Shown: in pieces, positions 26,990 to 39,762 of the stretch
How positions within the stretch are numbered: the first letter of the stretch is position 1
How the letters are laid out: every line of letters starts with the position of its first letter
Assembly: GCA_964016885.1 (NCBI GenBank)
Contig: OZ024740.1
Location: forward strand, 64,666,001 to 64,730,000
Direction: 5' to 3'
From: Eledone cirrhosa
Lineage: Eukaryota
Length of the DNA: 64,000 nucleotides
Position numbers and translations under genes: made by a program
Notes under the pieces: model-generated
Database searches by the model: none
What the model saw: only the letters and a program-made list of their open reading frames with translations
Told to the model about the DNA's origin: nothing

Positions 26990-28568
26990 ATCCCAAATTA
27001 ATGTCATCCTTGCGGCTCGAAAAACCATAATTACATTTGAAGATCAATTATGGACCCGCAAGGATACACATAACAACTTTGATATAACTATTGGATCTAG
27101 TGACTCGGCGCAGGTCACTGATTTGGTGGGCTTATATATCTTAAATAAAATTCATGAGAACCTACCCTACCTCAATGGGGGTTTATACCGCGATGATGCA
27201 CTACTTCTTATAGACTATAACAAATTTAATATAGAAAGAACTAGGAAACAATTACATAACATTTTCAAAATCTTTAACTTAGGTATCACCTTAGATAATA
27301 ACACTAAAAACGTTAACTTCCTTGATGCTACCCTTTATCTCTACTGTAAAATATATACAACCTTTCATAAACCAAACGAAAAACTACTTTATGTAGACAT
27401 CAACTCTAACCACCCTAAATCTATATTAAACTCAATTACTAAAGGAATATCAAATAGAATCTCTAATCTATCATATAACGAAACCATATTTAACAATAAT
27501 TCCCAATACTATAACGAGACCTTAAACATGAGTTTAAATTTCTACCTATAAAATCACCTAGTTACAACATTATTTCTCACAATATGGCCATGAGGAAAAA
27601 TAATAAAAGTACTAGCCACTCTAACTCTAATACGAAGGGTAATATTAAACTTAACTCGCACCAGAATAAACACCACAATAATAATATAAACAGAAATACA
27701 AATATCTCAAATAACATTACAAAAAACAAAAATAGAAGAATAACTAATACATTGTTCAATCCCCCTTTCAATCTAAACGTCTCTACCAACTTGCCTAAGG
27801 CTTTCTTCTGAATCCTGGAAAAAAACTTCCCAGCCGGCCACAAATACCATAATCTTATTAATAAAAATACCGTTAAAATCTCTTACTCTACCACACCTAA
27901 CATCGCATACTATATAGCTAGTAGCAATAAAAGGAAGATTAATAATTATTTCCAACTAATTAAATCACAACAGGGGGTAAACTTACAGAGCAACATAGTA
28001 CCAGAAAATTCTAGTAGCAATAATAATAATGGTAATAGTACTAATGAAATCAATAACAATGAGAACGACAAACATCATTACCCTAAAGCTATCCCTAACA
28101 ACCAGGCATCTACACAACATAGTAACCGGCAAGCAAACAACCAGAATAACTGTAACTGTAGAACAAATAGAACTTGCCCCTTAGGTAAAAATTGCTTAAT
28201 CAAAGACATCATTTACTCATGCACGGTCAACACAAACAACTCTTCTAAAACATATATCGGTTCAACTTCGAATTGCTTCAAGACGAGATATAACTCACAT
28301 CTCCAAACTTTAAAAAATCGCAATCTAGCCAACTCCACTTCTTTATCTAGCTACATACACTCTCTGAAAACTAGGAATAGACCATATACACTTCAATGGG
28401 AAGTAATATATGGGGCCATATAAACCACCGAATAAATTATGTAACCTCTGTCTTCTAGAGACCCGCACTATAATCTATTCGAAACTAGACCTCCTAAATA
28501 GAAAATCAGAGGTTTTTTCCATGTGCCAACACTAACACCGACACTCTTTCCATAGCTTTAAACCTAGC
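26990..28568 (+). pseudogene. Penelope RT + GIY-YIG, frameshifted
   Basis: Motifs as above, with stops and frameshifts. Confidence 0.85.
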
Positions 28569-28899
28569 TGCTAATATATAACAACGTCAGATCTGAATTC
28601 CTCATCACCATTAACACTTCACTTCTAGGTCTTATCAGCATGTAATTACCCCCACAGCATCACACTCTATGATCAGCTCATTGCTCTACCTAACTCCTAT
28701 ATATATCTAACCTTATACTCTACAATAACTATTAGAAATAAATATAAAGTTCCCACCATTTAACATAACTACTATAGCTTAATTATATTATATTCAGTAA
28801 TGGATAGATAATAATAAGATGAGACATTTAATGTATTATAGGAAAATAAATTATATTTATAATTAAATATATAAATTAATAGCATTATATATAAGGGAT

Positions 28900-29066
28900 T
28901 CGGTAGAGGGTCGGACATGCTTTCCAGAATAGTTACGTCCCCTTACGATCTGAGTTCAAATCCTGCCGAGGTTAACTTTGCCTTTCATCCTTACGGGGTC
29001 GATAAAATAAAGTACCAGTAACGTACTGGTTAATTGCTGGCCTTGTGCCAAATGTAGAAACAATTA
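28900..29066 (+). mobile_element. SINE inserted in the Penelope 3' region, with TSD
   Basis: ttatatataagggattc on both sides. Confidence 0.9.
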
Positions 29067-30084
29067 TATATAAGGGATTCACTTATAACATAATATAATG
29101 TATATAATGACACAATAGATGTAACTAATTGGACCTGTAAACAACTATACATTTTTTCTATAGCTTACTTATATTCAGTAATGGATAGATAAAAATATAA
29201 TGAAACCTTTAATGTATTATAGGAAAATAGACTGTATTTAAAATTAAATATAAATAAATAATATTATATAAAAGTGATTCACTTGTAACGCAATATAATG
29301 TATATTAGCACAAAGAATTTAACTAATTGAAACTGTAAACAACTATACATTTTTCCATTGTTTCTTCTTTTTACTTTCATATACAATTTAATCGCTAGTT
29401 ACCTCCCCTTTCGCATTAGCTCCCCTTAATATAGATCTCAAACTCACTTCCGGAAATTAAACCGTTAGAAGAATCACTATAGAACAACTCGAACAAGGAT
29501 AACAATATATTAGGACCAATATACGATCCATAGCTGTAACAAATTAAAAACATTCACTAAAATAAAATTTAACCAATGTAATGGATAATATAGCAATAAC
29601 ATTGATACTCTCAACACATACACATTGAACACTACAGAAACAATCATCACATTACATCCACCATAAACTCATAATTTTAATACACAAACATCTTTGCTTG
29701 CTTGATAGGCTTGTAAACCTATGTTAGTCTATGTGATACCTTTGTCATAAATAATTATATATGCCTAGTACCATTGCTTGTTTCCTTCCTGTATATGCCT
29801 AACGCATTTGCACTCTCTATACGCTTCCATATGTACTGCTAGTGTCCTTGTTTTACGAGTAACTTTCTTCCTTAATGCCTCTTTAATTATTATACTATTC
29901 CCTTGTAATATCTGTCTCATGCATTCCACTCTGTGCCTTTTTTATTTTAATTATTGTACAATTCTCTTGTAATATATGTCGCATCCATTCCACTCTGTAA
30001 ATACGAAACTGTTGTTGACAACATTAATATCCATGTATCTATATGATTGTTCAGTTGAATAGGAGGTTAATTATATGTACAAAC

Positions 30085-30141
30085 ATTGCTAGTGTTCCGG
30101 TGATTCCAAACGAAACTTTGGAAGAAACGATTGTCAGCAAT
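30085..30141 (+). ncRNA. degenerate hammerhead in pLTR (inverted copy 26734-26790)
   Basis: attgct..CCGGTGA-ttccaaa..tttggaa-GAAAC-gatt-GTC-agcaat; the core is mutated differently in the two arms. Confidence 0.55.
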
Positions 30142-30356
30142 AAAATGATTCGAACATAACTTTGATTATTGTGTAATTTATATTCCTGCTCTGTAAAACA
30201 TCTGATGTATTTACATTGAGCTAATTTTCTTACTGGTTATAACGTAGTAATAAATTACTGACCTTTCCTGTTTATAGTTGTATATAGTGTATACATAACT
30301 ATAAATAATATCATTATTATTATATATATAAAGAAAGCATTATTACTATATATATA

Positions 30357-30538
30357 GGGCGGTGGATTGGCAGTAACGGTAGAGGGTCGGACGCCATGCT
30401 TTGTTACGTCCCCTTATGATCTGAGTTCAAATCCCGCCGAGGTTAACTTTTCCTTTCATCCTTACGGGGTCGATAAAATAAAGTACCAGTAATGCACTGA
30501 GTAATTGCTGGCCTTGTGCCAAAAGTAGAAACAATTAT

Positions 30539-30540
<2 letters not shown>
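30357..30540 (+). mobile_element. tRNA-derived SINE
   Basis: Full consensus. Confidence 0.92.
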
Positions 30541-30586
<46 letters not shown>

Positions 30587-30854
30587 GAACAAACAAACAT
30601 ACACACACACACACATGCCTACAAACACGTGTATGAAATTGCAAAGGCAATGAATACTCAATGCAACAGAATGGGAATAAGTTGATTTAATTCTTTTGTC
30701 CACAAAGTTTCTTGTTACATGTGAGCATTTAGGCGAAAATAACTTGGCCTGGATTTAATATAGGTCAAATCAGAAAATCGTCCAAACTGGTTTATAATTA
30801 TTCAGAAGTGGATGTATGAGATGCCGCACAGTAGCTCTACTGAGGATAATTTAA

Positions 30855-31040
30855 TAATTGTTTCTACTTTTAGCACAAGGCCAGCAATTAACCAGTACAT
30901 TACTGGTACTTTATTTTATCGACCCCGTAAGGATGAAAGGCAAAGTTAACCTCGGCGGGATTTGAACTCAGAATGGCAAGGGCAGTAACTCTATGCGTCA
31001 AAGCATGGCGTCCAACTCTCTACCGATACTGCCAATTCAC
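30855..31040 (-). mobile_element. tRNA-derived SINE
   Basis: Full consensus on the minus strand. Confidence 0.92.
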
Positions 31041-31099
31041 AATTTAATAATATCACAGGGAGAGGGACTGCTAGGAATAAAGCAAGGAGGGAGTTGCCT

Positions 31100-31900
31100 T
31101 CTTTATATGCTACAATCGAAATTAACATTAGAATATATTGAATACATCTGCAAAGATAAATGCAATTAGTACATTAAATATAATTGCTCATGTAAAATAA
31201 GAAACTATATTGTAAATTCAATTCTCATCATTTTACGGCGGGCACACTTTCAAGACGAAGATATGTAAATGAAAATTAATAACGCATAAATGTAATCGGT
31301 TGCCACTTTCATGGCGGTCCAAGAAAACCAGACGCTCTAGTAATTATATCGCGCATCCTATTCTTACAATATAATTCATTATAGTTTTCTTCTAAAGAAT
31401 CTTCTAATGAAATTCTAAGATAAAAGAGAATTTGATTAAGACGATTAATTGGGATACTAAGTAGCTATCTATCCATCTTCCTATTCTCTACCTGTATGAG
31501 TATTTTACTATCTATTCATCTAGGTAGCTACCTATCTATCTATCTTGCTATTTTCATACTTGTGTGCTCATCTGTCTATATCTAATTACATTTAGAGCCA
31601 GTCACTTAATTTAGAGACAAGGGCATAATTATGATTTGATGTTCAATAGATACATTTAATTAGTAATGGTTTACAATACGAGTGAATTGAAAAATATATA
31701 GTTTTGGTCATCTTAAATGTTGTGAACATAAACGCAAATATAATGTAATTATTGACAATCAACAGAGCCTCAAATTCAACGATATTTAATTTACGAATAT
31801 TTAAAGCATATAGAATTTGAAGAAAATTGAATGTGTCCATTAATAATTGAAAACAAAGAAATTATATGGGTGGTGGGCACGATAATTTCTCAAAATGAAA
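31100..31900 (-). pseudogene. decayed Cys-loop receptor transmembrane remnant
   Basis: IYFSIHSYCKPLL (pre-M1) and in-frame LVFLDRHESGNRLHLCVINFHLHIFV at ~31255-31331 (cf. LVFxLPxESGEKIxLxxTxLL). Confidence 0.55.
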
Positions 31901-32217
31901 TAGCATGCATAAGGTATTGAATATATAAGTTTTATGATGTTATCTGTAATTCTTCCAAATTATTTATATATATATTCTTGCATACACACACACACACAGA
32001 CACACACGCACACACACACAAACATACACATACACAGACACACACGCACACACGCACACACGCACATACACACACACACAGAGACACACACAGACAGACA
32101 CACACAAATATATATATATATATATATATACATATATATATAAATGGAAAAAATGAAATTTCATACTTATATATATATATATATATATAATGTATAAAAA
32201 TCAATACAATATAATTA

Positions 32218-32287
32218 CCTCATTACCAGAGGTTTCCCGAATGAGGCGAATACGAAATAAACGACTTCATTCGTTCGTCAGACGAGG
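32218..32287 (-). ncRNA. type I hammerhead ribozyme (inverted arm)
   Basis: Reverse complement of 35080-35149 with intact CUGACGA/GAAAC/GUA. Confidence 0.85.
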
Positions 32288-32661
32288 CAATATAAAACAT
32301 GGGTAAATAATTAGAAAAACTCATCAAGAAAATCAAAAAAAGATATAGATAAATGAAATGGAAATTGAAATATATAAAAATCTATCAAGAAATATAGTTA
32401 GGTGTGTGTATATGTATGTAGATACGCTCACAGATGTGCATATATGTATATGCACACATGTATACGTATAGTGAGAAAGTGTGCGTAATTCTAAAATTTA
32501 GGGCAAATGTATCTATATGTCTGTAATCTACAGACATAAATAGTTACATCATAAATATATGATATGAAGGCGCGCGCATAAAACGCCTGCACACTCGTAC
32601 ACTTAGATGCGGAAAGAAAGGGGGTAAGGGAGTGTAATAATTAAAAGAAAAGTATCAGTCT

Positions 32662-33926
32662 ACTTTTTAATGATAATGACACTTGGGTAAAAATATCTAA
32701 CCCAGAGAACCCATTCGATGTCTCAATGGGTTCTTATGACAGTGCCGAGGTTTGTGATCTGGTCGGCCTATTCCTCTTACATACACTTAAACAAAAATTT
32801 CCTAACCATATTTTTGGGCTTTATCGCGACGATGGTCTAATACTTTCCCATACCACCATAGGCCATAACTTAGATAGATTAAGGAAAGACTTAATAAAAA
32901 CCTTCGCTAGTTTTAATCTTAAAATTACTATTGACACTAACCTTTCCAACGTAGATTTCCTAGATATAAACCTAGATTTGCCTAGTGCTTCTTATAAACC
33001 ATACCATAAACCTAACGAAAATTTAAAATATATAAATAAAGGATCTTGCCATCCACCTATAGTTTTTAAAAACCTTATCCCTAATATTAGCCGTAGGATC
33101 TCCACCCTCTCTTCCTCAGAAGCTATTTTTAATAAGGCATCCCCCTACTATAATAAAGCCCTCCAAAATAGCGGCTTTAGCGAACCGATTAAATACATAC
33201 CTAACTACACTAACTCTATTAAACATAAAAATAGGAAAAGAAAATTAATCTGGTTCACCCCCCCCCTACTCTCTAGCAGTTAAAACTAATGTAGGCAATA
33301 AATTCCTAGAACTCCTAGATAAACATTTCCCTAGAACACATAGATACTATAAGATCTTTAACAGAAACTGTGTTAAAATTAGCTATTCCTGCGGTCCACC
33401 TATTAAGTCCTATATCCTCAACAAAATATCACCTAGAGAAAATCAAACTTGCTCCTGTAGAATCAAAAGTGAATGCCCATTACAAGGTAAATGCAACACC
33501 AAAGCCATTGTATATGCGGCTAAAGTGATAACCATCATCAACAACCATCCAGCCACCAGTGAACGATATGTGGGTATGACGCAAGACAGATTCAAAACGC
33601 GTTATTACTCACATGTCGCATCCTTTCGACATCCAGAAAAAAGATTTACAACAGCTCTGGCTAGTAGAATTTGGGATTTGAAAGACCAAGGCATCCAATA
33701 TAAACTAGATTGGTCAATTTTGAACCAATCTAAAAAATATGCTAGTGGAACAAGAAAATGCACGCTCTGCATAAATGAAAAATTTTGGATATTGCAAAAT
33801 CTAAAATCACCAAAGACCTGCCTGAACACAAAGACGGAAATTTTCACCAGTTGCCCACACATGAAATCACACCTGCTTTCCAGCCCATATAAACTTAACA
33901 CACTTTCAGATACTTATCCTCCATAA
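32662..33926 (+). pseudogene. Penelope RT C-half + GIY-YIG, frameshifted at poly-C ~33260
   Basis: MGSYDSAEVCDLVG, LYRDDG, DFLDI, SCHPP, WFTPP, CSC..CPLQGKC, YVGMT, CTLCINEK, CPH. Confidence 0.92.
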
Positions 33927-34267
33927 ACTCTTATTATTCTCTTTTTAATTACCCTTTCTGACTTACTTTCATTTTTATCCTTGTCAATAATTTCATTTAT
34001 TTTTACTTTTATTTTTACTTCACCTTTTCCTCCACTAACTGATTACACTTGTCTTTTGTGTTTTTCAATCCAGATATATTTTCATTTTCATTTTTATTTT
34101 TATTTTTATTTTATTTTTGCGCAGCCTATCTTACAATTTTATATTTGTACTTATTTATCCACAAGTTTTTTACACCCTGTATCAATATGGCTGACCGCCT
34201 TAATGTGTGTATACTTTTATATATGTACATGAGTGACTACGTATGTGCGCGCGCGTGCGTGTATGTA

Positions 34268-34304
<37 letters not shown>

Positions 34305-35079
34305 GTGTGTGTATATGTGTGTGTGTGTGTATGTATATATTATGCGTATGTGTACGTGTCTTTATATCCGTGTTTTTGACATCTCGGTTTTATGTTTTGT
34401 TCCTTTTTTCTTCTCCCCCCCCGCCCTTTCCTTTTTTTACTCACTCAGTTTTATGCGTGTGCATACAAACAGGTTTATATGCGTGAGTATAAGTATGTGT
34501 GTGTGTGTGTATGTACGTATCGAACGTATGGATGTGTAAGTGCGCGTGTGTATATAAGCATATATATTTTTACATTTCTTTTGTGAGACATGCGTGTCTG
34601 TGTATGTATGTACCCCTTTTTTTGTCTTCTTTTCTTTAATTTTTTCTTTCTAAAAATATTTTTTCTTTCTAATTTATCGTTATTATATTTTTATAAATAT
34701 ATCGAGACTGATACTTTTCTTTTAATTATTACACTCCCTTACCTCCTTTCTTTCCGCATCTAAGTGTACGAGTGTGCAGGCGTTTTATGCGCGCGCCTTC
34801 ATATTCATATATTTATGATGTAACTATTTATGTCTGTAGATTACAGACATATAGATACATTTGCCCTAAATTTTAGAATTACGCACACTTTCTCACTATA
34901 CGTATACATGTGTGCATATACATATATGCACATCTGTGAGCGTATATACATACATATACACACACCTAACTATATTTCTTGATAGATTTTTATATATTTC
35001 AATTTCCATTTCATTTATCTATATCTTTTTTTGATTTTCTTGATGAGTTTTTCTAAGTATTTACCCATGTTTTATATTG

Positions 35080-35149
35080 CCTCGTCTGACGAACGAATGA
35101 AGTCGTTTATTTCGTATTCGCGTCATTCGGGAAACTTCTGGTAATGAGG
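35080..35149 (+). ncRNA. type I hammerhead ribozyme
   Basis: cctcgt-CTGACGA-acgaatga..tcattcgg-GAAAC-ttctg-GTA-atgagg. Confidence 0.85.
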
Positions 35150-35254
35150 TAATTATATTGTATTGATTTTTATACATTAAATTTTGCTCTGATACTTACA
35201 TAGAGCACTCTTCATTTCTATGACCTTTTCTGTTTCCAACCGGAAATTTCAATA

Positions 35255-35312
<58 letters not shown>

Positions 35313-35379
35313 TTAATTTATTAAAATAACAGATTAAACTTTAAGCAAAGAATCGCTGCTTTCACCCTCAACGGGATCT

Positions 35380-35425
<46 letters not shown>

Positions 35426-35426
35426 T

Positions 35427-35705
35427 TATCCCGGGTTCAATCGGGGGTAACCACAGTAAGTAAGGTACTCAATTCCTAGCTGGGAATAATATTTAATATA
35501 GAAATGGCTTCTAGAGGACTATCACTTTTTCATTCGAAAGATATCATCAGGAAGCCGACTGTTCAATGACCTCCACCCATCCCAATCACCACCGTCTCCT
35601 ACCACTAGAAAATGTATAAATACCACCATATTACTTAGTCAGTCGGCTTCCTGATGATTTCTCCCGAATGAAACAGTTCTAGTCCCGTAGAAGCCATTTT
35701 TTCAT
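35427..35705. mobile_element. minimal palindromic pLTR relic
   Basis: Inverted pair 35500-35562 / 35639-35700, each a hammerhead; aaggtactcaat motif resembles 44219. Confidence 0.65.
35645..35695 (+). ncRNA. compact type I hammerhead ribozyme (degenerate inverted copy 35506-35556)
   Basis: ggcttc-CTGATGA-tttctcccgaat-GAAAC-..-GTA-gaagcc. Confidence 0.8.
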
Positions 35706-35726
35706 ATATTTATATATTTTTCCTCC

Positions 35727-36180
35727 GCTGTGATCCGTCTGTTTCTTTCTTACTGCTTCCCCTTTCTCTGTATCTCTCACTTTCACTCACTCACTCTCTG
35801 CTACTCCCTCTCCATCACTTCTTCCCGTTCGACCTGTGCGAAATCTTTCCTCACTCACATTTCAACCAAAGTGGATGGTCTTTTTTTCTCTCGCCTACGA
35901 TTTCACAGAACTTATGTTCATTGATTTCAGGGACTTGACTCCTTCTTCCTCACTTTCCGTTGCATTACCATATTTGTTTGTTTGTTTACTGTCTCGCTCG
36001 TTCCCCCTATTTACGTGTCCCAACGACTTTCTTTAGCCGTTGCTCGCACCAACCAGAGGTATATGATCTTTAAAGCGATGAAATACCAATGAAGGCTGGA
36101 AGATCACTGAGGAAGGATTAATTTTATTCATATGTAACCCATTTGCAACCAAGCAGCACGCCATTTTTTCATGTTTATAT
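35727..36180 (+). repeat. dispersed repeat related to 46738-47474
   Basis: Shared ctcactcactc, cccgttcg and gaggtatatgat..gaaatacc..atcactgaNga blocks. Confidence 0.55.
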
Positions 36181-36249
36181 GTATATATAAGCGTAATATT
36201 CGTCTAACACCTGAATATCCATTTTTCTATATGAATGTAGGCATATTCA

Positions 36250-36950
36250 AGCCACAGCAACATTTTGTTTCGAAGAATTACCTGATAATTCTTACATAAT
36301 ATTTTGAATTTTCATGTTGAAAATGTCACAAAATTTCCAAATATCTCTTGGAATCATTGTGGGAACCTGCCGTACGTCACCGGACTTAAACTCGGCAGGT
36401 AAAAGGAGAAAAGTAGAAATTGATTCATTCCATTATCAGATTTTGGACAGCTTCCCGCATTCCAGCATTTTTACTTCGGAAGTAACTTTTTTTTGAAAAA
36501 TATACTTTCATTTATGAGCAATATGTTCCATATTGGAAAACTGCTTTAGTTGTTATTTTATAGTAGTGATATAAATCGATATGCGGAGTTTCAACATTTC
36601 AACAGTGGAAATGTTTCCATTCTTTATTGACAAACAGTAAATATATAGATGCATGAGTTTAGTAATTTGTCGCGTTCGCACTGATGAATTACATCTAGAA
36701 GAGGTAAATTGATGGGGAAGAATTATTGAACATCCCATTTCGAAGGTTATATGTGCTCCAGCGTATGCAATTAGACCATTATTTATCTACACTCTCATGA
36801 TAAACACTTACACGTTGCAACATATCTTAAGATGATGCAATCAAACATTTTATCGAATATTTATATTAAAATATAATTTTCTAAAATGATCATAAAATTA
36901 CCATAAATTTACGTTAATTCATGTACCATATTAATACTGTCATTAAATGT
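36250..36950 (-). pseudogene. possible decayed Cys-loop receptor LBD remnant
   Basis: VFIMRV..WSNCIRWS (cf. WxDCxLxW), SIKNGNIS, FQYGTYC. Confidence 0.35.
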
Positions 36951-37357
36951 ATTATACTAAATAGAATATGTGTCTCTACCTGCCTTTAAAAGAGACTTTC
37001 TTTTTATAAATGTATAGTGCAAAACGTTAGTGATTAAATTAACGGAGATATTTAAACTTTAATTTTCAGTACATTCTTGTTTACTTAAACTACGTGACAT
37101 CGCTGGAAGTCTAATTTTCACATATTATACTCTTAATAGCAGCATCAAAAATAGTCTCGATATTAATATGAAATATTTATCCATATAATCACCTGAGGCA
37201 AAACATGCTAGTCTAAATCAAAGATTCGTTAGTTGTATCTTATTTATATGTATACTCGTAATGATTAACTGCTAAGTCAGTTAGAATCTACTTCTATTGA
37301 TTACTATATTTAGTCGCCTTTGGTAGTTCATTTCGCACACACACACATACACTCACA

Positions 37358-37409
<52 letters not shown>

Positions 37410-37411
<2 letters not shown>

Positions 37412-39668
37412 TATTCTTCTGGTTTTATAATTTCGAAAAGATTTTGCCCATAGAGAGAGTCGGTTACTAACATAGATACAAGAATCTCTCATTGGAATTA
37501 CACAACATCAAGCAGGTAGATATATATTCATGTCTGCATGCATGCATGTGTGCAGGTATGGTTGTTATTGTATGTGTGGATGTGGATGTTTTGAGTTATA
37601 TGTGTGCAGATCAATACACTCTGTATCTGTACTAGTGTATATGCAGTTATTAAATGAAGAATTTTTGGAATGCTTTCCATACTTTTACTGTTCCATTGAT
37701 AAATTGTACTTGTAATTTTCTAACTAGTCATGTTCTTTCTGTTTCTGTGAAGCCCAGCTTCTCAAGATTTCTATTGAGGCAGATACTAACATATCCTAGT
37801 GCCCCAATAATCACAGGTATAAATCTGAAGGTATAGTCAGGGTGGAGTATCTGTAGATTTCTCATTAGTTCTGTATAGATATTCTCCTTTTCGCTAATCT
37901 TTAATATTATATTGGCATCAGCTGGGCTGCTAACTTCCACTATTGTGCATGCCTTCTTTTTCCTGCCCCACATCGTTATATCTGGTCTGTTATGCCTGCA
38001 TTTTATTGTTTTTTTTACAGGAACATTCCACCAGTACTCTTTCATATTATGTATATGTATGTCTTCCACATTGCTGTAACTTTTAATGTGTTTATTGTCG
38101 GGGCTATCTTTTCTAAGGATTGCATCGTACAGTGCTTTGGCCACTATATCATGCCTCATAGGTATATAGTACAGCAATGACATCTTTGGACAGCTGCTTA
38201 TGACATGGGTGACATCTTCGATGTTAATTCTGCAGAGTCTGCACTTGTTGTCACATCTAGGTGTTTCGCCTGCATCTCTGTCTCTTTTGTGAATCAGATA
38301 TTTCGTGTTGATTTCCTGTTCCTGGATGGCACAAGCCCATCCTTCAAAGTGGGAGCCAATATACGGTTATTGGTACAAGATAGACTACTTTCTTTATTTA
38401 TATTATTGTGACTCTGGAGCTTCTCGCAACATATCCATGCATGATCCTTTGTTGATAAGCATGCAGTTTATCATTCCTGGATGCACTGCGCTACTGCCGG
38501 GAGTATCTTTCAAGGCGCTCCTTCCCAACTCTCATGCAGATTCACTTGCTTATTAGATGAGCTCCTACACTTCGAGGTTTTTAAATGTTGTCGGAGGGAT
38601 ATGATGCGACATTCAAATGCTGTCTGGACTGATGTTATGCCTCTGCCATCCTGCTTATGTTTTAAGTAGAGGCGGTCTATGTCACTGTTAATGTGGAGGC
38701 TTCCGGTGTTGTTTAATATTTTTCGAGTCATAACATCAATTGTTCGGATTTCGTCTTTCGTCCAATCGAGTATTCCAAACGTTGGTGTTAGGACACGTAC
38801 AGCAAATACATTGTAAGCTACTGTTTTATTGTGTGCAGAGAGTCCCGGTGACCATATTTTTCTTAATCGGGTGTAATATTCCCTGCTTACGCGTTCCTTG
38901 TTACAGATACCATTATAGGATATGTTCTCATCTATCCCCAGATATCTGGAGCAGCCCTCATCAGATATCGGTGAAACAGTTACGCCATTGATGAAAATGT
39001 TGCTAGATTGGGTTGTAGTTTCTCCTCGCTTTGCAGTCACATATGAACATTTACCTTGGTCAAACTCCATTCCTTTGAAAATGTTGTAACCAGGTCAAGA
39101 TTTTTCTTCATCCGATCCATGTTCTTGGCATAGAGTTTCATCATCCACAAAAGAATTATGGATTAGGTTCGTATTTCTGTCCTCCTGTGAGTCAATAATC
39201 TATCTTTCACATTTCTTGAGCAGAAAGGACAAGGGGTTTAATGACAGGATGAATAATTTCACAGAGAGACTGTCTCCTTGAAATATACCCCTGTGATATT
39301 CTATTTTATCAGTGAAAATAGAGTCCTCCTTGCCTGTTTTTAACTTTAGGATAGTAACGCAAGATGATGACAGGTTCTCTATGGCTCTGATAATAATGTC
39401 TGCGACTTTAGAAAGTCGGAGGGCCTCTATCATCCAAGAGTGGGGAACAGAAAGAAAAGCTTTCCTGTAGTCCAGCCAGACTATAGCCGTATTCCACCTA
39501 AGTTGTGCACCTCCGACATCGCAGTTTTGTTGATTAGGAGTTGTTCAGCACATCCCTAAACCCCTTTCTTTCCAGCTGCTTGTTTATCTGTGATGATGTT
39601 ATTATTTTCACAGTTATCTTGGAGGAATAGGTTCAGGCAGGCTGTATACATCTTATACATCAGGTTCT
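37410..39668 (-). mobile_element. R4/Dong-clade RLE LINE, 5' truncated, copy 1
   Basis: GIFQGDSLS, YLGIDE, LHINSDIDRLY, RHDIVAK, HNRPDI..VEVSSP..EK.IY (PD-D/ExK endonuclease). Confidence 0.9.
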
Positions 39669-39670
39669 AC

Positions 39671-39701
<31 letters not shown>

Positions 39702-39762
39702 TGTATGTATGTATGTATGTATGTATGTATGTATGTATGTATGTATTATGTATGTTTGTATG

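Larger units (their letters stand above)
26694..30181 (+). mobile_element. Penelope-like element, 5' truncated, with inverted pLTR arms (26694-26986 / 29889-30181)
   Basis: RT (GSSDSAQVTDLVG, LYRDD, FLD, SNHP), FNPPF linker, CNC..CPL..C and IY..YIG GIY-YIG; ~290 bp inverted terminal arms. Confidence 0.9.
32189..35178 (+). mobile_element. Penelope-like element, 5' truncated, with ~470 bp inverted pLTR arms (32189-32661 / 34705-35178)
   Basis: Near-identical inverted arms; RT and GIY-YIG between them. Confidence 0.95.
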
